Source: Trichosphaerium sp. ATCC 40318 (Eukaryota; Protista; Tubulinea). Taken from it: a stretch of 64,000 nucleotides of DNA. The stretch is taken from assembly GCA_038496445.1 (NCBI GenBank), contig JALMLS010000440.1, positions 248,001 through 312,000 of the forward strand, written 5' to 3'. Positions 54,422 through 64,000 of the stretch are shown here, in pieces (position 1 is the stretch's first letter; every line of letters starts with the position of its first letter). The translations under genes were made by a program, and so were the position numbers. The notes beneath the pieces were generated by a model. The model searched no databases. It was not told the origin of the DNA and was given only the letters and a program-made list of their open reading frames with translations.

Positions 54422-54490
54422 TACCATAATGCTCTGTCAACAAGTACGAACTGCAGAATTCAGTGTAAAAATAACTTGTGATTTATTAAA

Positions 54491-55868
54491 TCAAACGTCT
54501 GATTGATCCCAAAAGGAGTTGGCACACAATGGATCCAAAGTACATTCAAATCTATCATGACAAAATACAGCACATACATTATCGACACAGTTGGATGCAA
54601 AAATACAATCATTTTCTTGAACAAGACGAAAGCATCTTGCATGACTTTGACAACTTGTTTGAACAGGTATTGTTGGATCTTGACCTCCCACATTGATTGA
54701 CGATAATATTGGTGGGTCACAGAATGCTGCTGTGCCTTGCCTATAAAATGAACATTAAGTATTGTCACTTGACCATTCAAATAGCATTTTACGTACACAG
54801 AACTACCTTCATTTGAACGAATTGGAGGATCTTCTCTGGCGTCTGTCACAATTGCTGCTCCGATATTATCAATTTGACCAGGACCAACCATACCTACAAT
54901 GACACTACAAGATACTTCTTCATTTTCATCAAGAGTTGCTGTAAAAGCAAGAACACCTCCAATTGCGATTCTTGACTTTGTGTTTACACACACCAGTGAG
55001 GATGAATCGATAACAGCAATAGATGTATCAAAAGCGAGAGTGGCAATGATATTCTCAGTAGTTGCTGGTAATGAGTTGTAGTTTCGACACGTGACTTGTA
55101 TTTCGATTTTGTCACCCACACTCAATTCTTGAAGATCTATTTCACCAATAGATGATATTGTATGCCTAGTTTGGTGTTAGATCGCTCATCATTTCTCTTG
55201 AGTACATACCAACAAGATACAATCGGTTGAGAGCACATGTTTTGTACAACCACATCACTAGCTATTGAACCTTCCAAGGCAAGTTCTACTCTATCTACAG
55301 ATCCAAGGTGGCTTGCTTCATTCCCAAACGGTATACATACATCTAGCGCAGGACCATTTCTGATTGGTATGGTGAGCTGATGCAAAAGAGTAACGACATG
55401 AGGTGAAAGTGAATCCCAAAACTGGCCTCTCAATCCTAGTCTATTATCGTTTTCAATAATACGAAAGTTGAAGCAGCCTAACCTCTTGTTAATACTTCAT
55501 CCAAAGAAAAAATATAATGACAACGTACTAGCTCCATTTTGAAGAAAGTTTATTGGCGTTGGCATTCGAGGATTTAATAAATCAATACCGGAATAGACAA
55601 CTGTACAATTTCCAAGAGCACCAGTATCAGAGCTCAATGATAGCCCACCGAACAACGTTCTACAGCGAACTTGTACTGCCCCTGACATTGTTGCTATCAA
55701 ATCACGCTTTCCTCCAGCAATAGACGCGTCAAAAATGGAAATGATTGTTTTTGGATTGTCAGTGTTAGCGATTGTATCAGAAGCTACATTAAAGGGATCT
55801 ACTTGAAAGGTGTGGATTGCTGTAATTACTGCGAATATGAAAAAACAAAGAGTGACTGTTTGATACAT
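54491..55868 (-). CDS. Secreted protein copy B2 (apparently intact)
   Basis: Signal peptide MYQTVTLCFFIFAVITAIHT; ORFs 55497-55871, 55137-55433, 54460-55125 and 54491-54691 join through three GT-AG introns. Confidence 0.8.
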
Positions 55869-56510
55869 CACGTGTGTTTAGTCTATTTTTGGTTTTGAGG
55901 TTTTTTTGGTTCACAGTTTATTTCAAGATACAGCAACATAGATTGGAATGTGTTACACCTACTGTCTTCGGTACTTCCTTGACATAAGAACGCTAAAACT
56001 CGTTCTCTACAACTGTTATAATTCCATAGAAGGGTAAGGGAAAATGTTGTTGAGAACTTCTTCAAGGCAAAGTGATATCCGAAATGTAAACGACCTTGTA
56101 AAGTTATTTTCCTGCTTTCCAGTTGAAAACTAAGAGCAGCAAAGGAACGTAATACGCACCGCTGTAATCTGAGAACTCACAACAGATTGTGAGCACCAAA
56201 CCGCCTTCCCACTTTGCTCATTCCCTTTACACTAACTATACAGATACTTAAAATATGGTTACAGTGATTCCTCGTTTTTCTTCTTACAAACGTTTCAAAC
56301 TGCTGTTTTCACCAGTTTAGTATAAGATGGAACGCGAAACAACAAGAAAAGTAGCTACATTCTTCAGTGTTATCAAAATGGAACATGACTTTAGTAGCTA
56401 TGTTTCGCAAGTATTTGATAAGGAACTTCCCCAATACCGCGATACAATATCTTGCTTAAATTGTGAACCCAAAAGTAAAAACCAAAAATAGATCAAAACA
56501 CACGTGGGTG
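55869..56510. promoter_or_regulatory. Shared divergent promoter of pair B2/A2
   Basis: Inverted copy of 49135-49753, with CACGTG next to both ATGs. Confidence 0.6.
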
Positions 56511-57899
56511 ATGTCTCAAACACTCACTCTATGTTTCTTTGTATTCATTGGTACTGCGATACATGCTTTTCAAATAGATCCTTTTGAAGTACCTTCTATT
56601 GTAACAGCAACTCCTGACGACACTCCAAAAACACTCATTGTATTTTCAAATGCTATTGTTGGAAACGTGCGTATTGTTACAGCGAAGTACAGTGGTTTCG
56701 ATCCATTGGGTGAGTTTTCTTGTGGGATTGGATTGAACTCCGGCAACTTTTTTATTGCTAATGGCATTGCGGATAATGGAACTTGTATTCTTAGATATGC
56801 TGGTGGCACTCAACCTGAAGATACCCTGACAAATCCAATCAACTTCCTTCAAAACGGCGCTAGTACGTTGTTAACCTAAAAGTGAAGTTTATGCTAAATC
56901 AATGATAGGTTGTTACAACTTTCATATTTCCCTCAATGACGGTATTTTCGAAGCGAGAGCTCATTTTCGAGATTCATTCACAGATGAAATAGTTACCCTT
57001 TCTGAGCTAGTATCTGTTTTCTTATTTATGCCTCCTGGAGTTGATGTATGTATTCCTTATGGTAATCAAGCTGGTAAACTTGAAGCTGTAGATCTTGTAG
57101 AAGTAGAAATACGTTCTGTTCAATATAGGACAGATGCTGCGTTCAGTTACATATGCTCTCAACCGATTGTATCTTGTTGGTATGTACTGAAAGAGAAATG
57201 ATGAGTGATCTAACACCAAACTAGGCATACAATATCATCTATTGGTGAAATAGATCTTCAAGAATTGAGTGTGGGTGACAAAATCGAAATACGAGTCACG
57301 TGTAAAAACTACAACTCATTACCAGCAACAACTGAGAATATCATTGCCACTCTCGCTTTTGATACATCTATTGCTGTCATTGATTCATCTTCGCTTCATT
57401 GTATAAATGTAGCATCATCTATTGCCCGTGATGGTGCTATTGGTTTTACAGCAACTCTTGATGAAAACGAAGAAGTATCTTGTAGTGTCATTGTAGGTAT
57501 GGTTGGTCCTGGTCAAATTGATAATATCGGAGCAGCAATTGTGACAGATGCCAGAGAAGATCCTCCAATTCGTTCAAATGAAGGTAGTTCTGTGTACGTA
57601 AAATGCTATTTGAATGGTCAAGTGACAATACTTAATGTTCATTTTATAGGCAAGGCACAGCAGCATTCTGTGAGCCACCAATATTATCGTCAATCAATGT
57701 GGGAGGTCAAGATCCAACAATACCTGTTCAAACAAGTTGTCAAAGTCATGCAAGATGCTTTCGTCTTGTTCAAGAAAATGATTGTATTTTTGCATCAAAC
57801 TGTGTTGATAATGTATGTGCTGTATTTTGTCATGATAGATTTGAATGTACTTTGGATCCATTGTGTGCCAACTCCTTTTGGGATCAATCAGATATCTAA
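56511..57899 (+). CDS. Secreted protein copy A2 (apparently intact)
   Basis: Signal peptide MSQTLTLCFFVFIGTAIHA; ORFs 56463-56879, 56902-57201, 57265-57972 and 57699-57899 join through three introns. Confidence 0.8.
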
Positions 57900-58373
57900 T
57901 TTAATAAACATTTATTATTACAAAACAATCTACTACTTTTATATTATGTTAATGAAGCCTCTCAACATGTAAGGTGGTTATTTAACACAACTGAACAGGT
58001 GAACTTTTATTGTTAATGATAGCAACTACTGGTAATGCCCTCATACGAATTAACGGTTTAAAATTATTATTATAAGTTGTATAACAGTGGTTTAGTACCT
58101 GAAAAATGGCAAGCCGGCCTTATAAAGAAATCTTGTAACCTATCACCCAACACTGAGTCTACTGCTCTCATTGTAATGAAAACAAAATGGATTATACAAA
58201 CTAGTTGAATGATACAGAAAACACGTGTTTCGGTATCTCACAAGTGACGAGGATCAGCAGTGAAAACGACAGTACTCAGCACATTTTAGGTATAGAGTGA
58301 ACCACAATTGAATCCGAACAACTTATCCGAAGTCAAATGTGGTAAACAAAAAAAAAACTACAAAGTATTTGCT

Positions 58374-59560
58374 ATGTTGTCGGTTGTTGCTATTTTTGTA
58401 GCTTTGTTTATCGTTTACATATTTTTTATACGTCGTACACGTAAAAGGATAAAAGGTCCTCCGGGTGAGCCTATACTTGGTAACATCAGGGAGTTTATAA
58501 GACAACCAACCGGTAATATACGCTACCAGCTACTGGAGAAGGTACTAGAAGCGTTAGATGTTGTTTTTGAATGACTTACGACAGTTAGTGGCGTAAACAG
58601 TATGGAGATGTCTATGAAATCTCCCTACTCGGCAGACAGCTTGTAGTGGTGTCTGACGCAGATGACATACGTTACATACTTAACGATCGACCTGGAGATT
58701 TTATTGCTCCGCCTATGTCTCCAAACGTGCTACGGGTACGTAATATGACTATTTTAGTACTTTACAAGCGTATAAGCTAACCTGTGGGTGCTAGGAACTT
58801 TCCACTAATGGGATGATGGCGACAGTTACAGGACCTCGTTGGAAGCGTTTAAGAAAAGCCGTTGCGCCATCATTTACAAAGGCAATACTCAGAAAGAACT
58901 TTAAACAGATATTTGACGTGTTTACTGAAATGATGGAAAAATGGCACGTGCTCGCCAAAACTGGAGAAGTTGTGTCTGATTTGTACAATCACACTTCTCA
59001 ATCTACTCTTGAAGTTATTTCCAGGACTACCCTCGGTATGCGTCCTTCTTTACTAGGTAAGAAAGATTTCGGAAAATACAGCGGTTGGCAAGCTGACATA
59101 TTGATTAGATGAAAAACAAAACCTCAGGTTCCGTGAAGCCTTGGCTATTCTGTTTTCCACAATATTTAAGAGAGGTAACTCGCCTTGGCCGTACTGGAAG
59201 ATTCCATACTGTAAACCCCAAGTACGCATATCAGGTGATCACATTCTGAAGCTAGTGTCACTAACAGACTACAAAAAGAAAGAAGCTTTTTTAGAAAACG
59301 AACTCAAAGAATTTGTAAATCCGTTCATTCAAAACGCTATTGATACCGCAAAAAAGAACGTACTGGAAGGCAAAGAACCATCTAACTTAGTAGAGGTAAA
59401 GCAGTGTTTTCTGTTTATTATTGTACTCCACTAATGACTTAAAAAGGCAATTGTTGATCACTCTGGCTGGACTGACGAAGAACTTTTTTCCAATTTAATC
59501 GGGTTGTATATCTCTATGCGCTGAATAGCTAAAAGAGGATTTCCGATACTCCGAATAGTG
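58374..59560 (+). pseudogene. Cytochrome P450, 5' half only (breaks off at the I-helix)
   Basis: N-terminal anchor and PPGEPILGN hinge; KQYGDVY; WKRLRKAVAPSF (C-helix WxxxR); TLEVISRTTL; ends TDEELFSNLIG. No AGxxTT, ExxR or FxxGxRxCxG motif follows in the window. Confidence 0.8.
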
Positions 59561-62500
59561 TTAAACAACTTTAAACACACTGTAGAAACGCTACCTGCAA
59601 GTACAGCTCATAATGTTGAGAATAAAAAAAACGGTTTGTGGTTCACACGTGTTTCATATTTTACAAGGTCTAAGTGCTTCAAACATGAACTTCTTGTAGA
59701 GCGTAGGGTTTTTATGGCCTCTAAAGTGCAGTTGAACGAAGGTACGGAACCGAAAAACGCTAAATAATGAAAGATGTCTTCAATGGGTTTATACTCCTTC
59801 GGAATAGTACCACACTCATGTTTACGCGTAAAATAAGATACCAATCTACTTTAAGCTTCCCAATTAGCTCGTCTAATGTAAATTGTTGATAGATCCTAAT
59901 GAATGGCCTCTCGTTAGCTGGCGTAATCATAGCTGTGCTTGGGATGCTGTATACACAGGTTTACATTCTGTTGGTGATAACGTACATTTTTTGAAGCTGC
60001 AAGTGGATTTACACGTGCTAGGTGTTTCCTACTCTTTCAGTGCTTTTGAGAGATCCAAGCACAGAAAATAAAGAATTATTCATTAAACAGTTTTTGGCTG
60101 ATCTCTATGAACGTTTTCCGAAGGAGAAAAAGAAGATTGAAGTGGCATATATCAAACAACGTTCTGGCATATATTCAACACTATTCAATGTCGATGCTGT
60201 TCATGAGTTTGTGCAACAACAATGTCTTGCTTTTCATGCGACCTATGAGTATGATGTACAATGCAACTGTGAAGGTATTGTGCCCATATTTATAGCTATA
60301 ACATTGCATAGAATACCAAACAAAACCTGTGTTTGTTTTTGCACCTAGAAGCGTCCAACACAATTTTGAAGAATGGGTAAACAAGAAAATTGGCAGAGCT
60401 TCAAACTGCAAAACATGTCGCTATGGTGGTTCCAAAGAAATCAAGGCATACAATATCTCAACATTACAGTGCTTACACAATTATAGGCTATTACTTTGCC
60501 GTTGTTACTTACAGTACTGCCAAAGAATGATTTCAATGACATTCCAGAGTTGTTTATGCATAACAAACAGTACTAACATAATTGTGGTTTCATTTAACTT
60601 TACATAGTGAGTGGAAAGCACAGTACATAATTATGTGGCAGCCAAATCCAAAACATTTTACATGTTACGTCAGCACCAACAGCGGTTGGTGGTTTGTGGA
60701 TAACATGAAAAACCCAACTATTGGTGTTAAATCAAACCCATGTTTGTTTTTTTTGACAAATTAATAGTTGACAACTGTAGGGACAAATACAAAAGTGCAT
60801 GGTGATGGGTGGAGAGTTCAGCGTGTAATATACAAATGTGATAATCCATATAAAGTCACTTTGGATGTCAAACATAGTCACAACATTCACACCACCAAAA
60901 GAAGTACTATTCAAATAGACTTGCTTGATGAGCCCAACAGTTCTGATTCTATGTTTGTACCCACCAACAACAATAGCAATGAGCATGATGAGGCTTTTTC
61001 AGTTGAAAATAAAGAGACGGCTAAAGCTACAATATTTGTTCCTGGTCCAAAACACAAGAGCATTTCTATTGTTGTTGTACTTGGTAGACGAAGGGCCTTG
61101 TGGTTTGAAAAGGCTGTGTGTATTATGACATTTTTCAATAGCTAAGTTGTTCTAGGGCAATAGAAAGTGGATTGTACGGGTGAAGATGACAATTAGTAAC
61201 AAAACTTGTGTACACGATATGTGGGAAATAGAAGCAAAAGAAATAACTGGCTTTAAGAGAGCATTTAAAGAATGGAAAGCCCAGCAGGACACTATTTCTA
61301 AAGTACGTGATAAAAAGCTATGTGTAACTACTTACATGAATTGGATTACTGGGCACAACAACGAAACACTTAAACAGCTTAACCAACAGCCACTCAAGCA
61401 CATAAATGCCAAAGATATACTTGATATAGAGTCTAGTAATAACGCTGTCTGGGCGCACTCTTATCCTCCTTCCATACGTGATGCAGTAAAACAGTGGTTA
61501 CACCCATTATTTCAAATGGTTAAACGGTGTTCAAATCAAGGTGGTAAATGTGGTTTTATTGCTTTAATAGTTTGTAGGTTATAGAACACTTCCAAACGAT
61601 CTTCGAGAACAGTACAATGCACTTAAAAAATACAATCTAATCAAGTATACACACAACATGCAAAACAAAACAGTAGAGTTCTATCCAGGTACATTATAAG
61701 GTTCTGTCATTTTATATTAAGTAATGAAAGATGTGGTCTCAACTAGCTGGTACAAAAACAAGGTGTTAAAGACAAAAAGGAGGCTTAAAAAGGCTGAAGA
61801 AAATGGCATTACCACATTGGAGTCATTGCAAGCACATATTGATGTGAAGAAGTATGTTGCTTCTTGTAACAAAAAAAAACATCATAAATGGACATGTGCT
61901 GGTTCTTGGAATATGGAAGGCATTGAACATTACTTTGGTGTGTTGTTAACAATGAAGTTGTCTCCACAGTTTACTCTTAGCGATTTTTGGAGTACTGATA
62001 CAAAATTTGGGAATATAGGCATGTTTATTTAATGTTGCGTAACAAAGTATTATTAACATACCATTAATAGCTATAAAAACAAGTTGTACAAAAGAGCAAT
62101 GGCAAGAACTCACAAAACAAATTGACTACCAGCCTTTAGAGGTCCAACGGTATGTGAAATAATCTATGAGTGCTAAAGGATGTAGCTTACTGAATTCAAC
62201 TATTAAAAAAAACTTTAATCCCGGAATATTGTCGTGTTTGGATGAAACTGTACTACCAGAGCAAGTACGATGTTGATTACAATGCATTTTGACTTTGTGT
62301 AGAAATATGGTTCACTTGTTTTTGTTCACGTAAACCAGTTAAAGAGGGCTTTTGGGTTTTTGAATTATGTTTTAAGGTACATGGTGATAACTTTAGCATA
62401 TTAATATTAAGATAGAATGGTAAGCACGTTTGGCCCTGGATATTGGAAATGCGATTTGGAGAAAGTACTATTCCACCATCTCACATGGCACATTATATAG

Positions 62501-63900
62501 CATCACAAATACTCAAAAAAGACAACACAAAGCGTATAACTATAGCAACTGACTCGTACTACACTACACCAATCATTTCTAAGCTTTTAGATGATGACAG
62601 ATTTAAGTTTGTTGGCTTGATGAGTTCCAAAAAAGCACCAAATATGATAAACCATTTGCGACAAGTAAGTAACCATTTGGCGAAATTCCTTAAGCTTGTT
62701 AGATGCTTCCCAACAACGGTGTGGGAGCCCATTGTTGGGTTTATGATGCTGACACTATAAACAATGGTTCTGTTGTTTGTGCTGGTATGTTCAAAGACAT
62801 AAAAGCACATGTTGCGTACATATCAAACATTGGCAATCCAACTGTTTTTGTATCAAGCAAAAAACCAACCAAATCAGATAAAAAAGCTGTAAACAAGCCA
62901 GAACCAGTACACGCATATTCAGAACTGAAGAACTGCTGTGATATTTTCAACAGATTGTCTGTAATACTTTGTTTTATGCCATTGACTGTTTTTAGTGTGC
63001 TTAAGTACAAACGTATCCATTCCACAAAACACACACGTTGGACCACAGCTTTATTGGCAGCATACTTGTACATAGTTATTGTATGGCTACACTAATGAGT
63101 TTAGTGATTTGTTTCTTGCTTCATCTTTTTGCTGGTATTCAATGCTGAATCCTACTTCAATAAGTTATCCCATGTACATGAACCAAGTTGCAGATCTGTT
63201 GTTGAAACTCACTTCCAAAAGACCTTACACTATACGCCAGCGAAAGCCATCATGCTCACAGTGTAGGTATGCATTTTAAACAACACATAAGCCTATTGTT
63301 TTATCTAATTCTCTTTAAGAGAGTGGCATAAAAAACTATCAATTGATGCACACAAGCAAAGAAAGCCATCAAGGTCATCAAAACGATTAAGATGTACAAC
63401 CACAACTGTACAAGAACCACCAACCAAGCGACAGTGTGTGAAACATGCTTTATTACACCCTACACACCAGCCAATTAAGATGAAAACCAAATCAAACAAA
63501 CGAAGTCATGAACTTTTGTCGCTTTCACAATCAGATTACCATCAGCATTTACGCCAGCTAAAGTATTCAAATTGTTCTAGAAGAGCTTGCAAAAATAGGA
63601 ATAGGACACTGTAATATTCCTTCTCGTATGTATCTAACAACTGTAGGTTTTGCAGTGGATGCCCTATGTATCGGCAATGGGTTACAATTGATGGAAAAAC
63701 AAAGCTTGTTACCATTCCACAGTTTTATTGTACAAAATGCTTTTACAAGTGCCACTAGATTGTATACATTGGTATAGATAATATCCCATACTAAACACTT
63801 GTATTTGGGGCTTCTGTAGTATAGGAGAAGCATTTTGTGTAACTGAGGAAGGCGGGTTACACCTAACTATTTGTTTTAGGTAGAATGCTGTTGTATTTAA
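59561..63900 (+). mobile_element. piggyBac-like DNA transposon (termini not resolved)
   Basis: Begins where P450 homology stops (TTAA at 59561 and 59571) and contains a piggyBac-type transposase. No convincing TIR pair was found by eye. Confidence 0.6.
59714..63758 (+). CDS. Spliced piggyBac-type (DDE_Tnp_1_7-like) transposase with N-terminal USP-like cysteine protease region
   Basis: YFGVLLTM...DFWSTD..FGN; D1 SCLDET; RKP; D2 IATDSYYTT; D3 AYSELKNCCDIFNR; RW; C-terminal Cys-rich CSRRAC...FCSGC...YCTKCFYKCH-stop at 63758. Upstream exons give WRNHSCAWD and KHFTCYV...WWFVDNM. A single-gene model is inferred. Confidence 0.7.
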
Positions 63901-64000
63901 CTTCTCTACTTGTTTTGTGAGCTGTACTGAGGTGTTGTCTAAATGTGTTATGTACTTTCATGGTTTGTATCAACGGTAAAATAGCCTATGTGTGATTTGA

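Larger units (their letters stand above)
54431..57910. repeat. Right arm of the inverted segmental duplication
   Basis: Reverse-complement match to about 47690-51200. Confidence 0.9.

Noticed and set aside
49754-55868. Diversity-generating retroelement behind the variable patches
   Set aside because: Differences between copies are not adenine-restricted, include indels, and no reverse transcriptase or template repeat is in the window.
59555-63905. Candidate TIRs ttaaacacactgtagaaacgctacc and ggtagaatgctgttgtatttaa
   Set aside because: The match is too weak to call terminal repeats; the element ends are left unresolved.

Overview
AT-rich (roughly 35% GC by eye), gene-dense eukaryotic DNA with many short GT-AG introns (mostly about 40-100 nt, GTAYGT-type donors, CTAAC-like branch points). 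The gene content (Roco-like, filamin/ABP-120-like, ACAP, PA-7TM, F-box/LRR and F-box/MORN genes) suggests a free-living amoeboid protist; the species cannot be identified from sequence alone. Gene models were spliced by eye, so exon edges are approximate. Left half: a Roc-COR gene with degenerate GTPase motifs, F-box/MORN and F-box/LRR genes (one pseudogene), a 4-TM protein, a secreted protein, a PA-domain 7-TM gene plus a decayed paralog, a beta-helix secreted enzyme, an atypical TruB and a BAR-PH-ArfGAP-ankyrin gene. Centre: a 17-kb gene for a giant filamin-like protein (CH1-CH2, about 40 Ig-like modules in a 3-module super-repeat) spliced in frame to a C-terminal 4-TM domain. Right: four paralogous secreted DUF11-like genes arranged as two head-to-head pairs in a large inverted duplication, with hypervariable N-terminal exons and homogenised 3' halves. 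The duplication encloses a 2OG-Fe(II) oxygenase whose tail carries six GIPxTK-like peptide repeats, and a hAT-type MITE. Then comes a P450 cut off by an intron-containing piggyBac-like element that also encodes a USP-like protease. CACGTG is strongly over-represented. No rRNA, tRNA or CRISPR array was seen.
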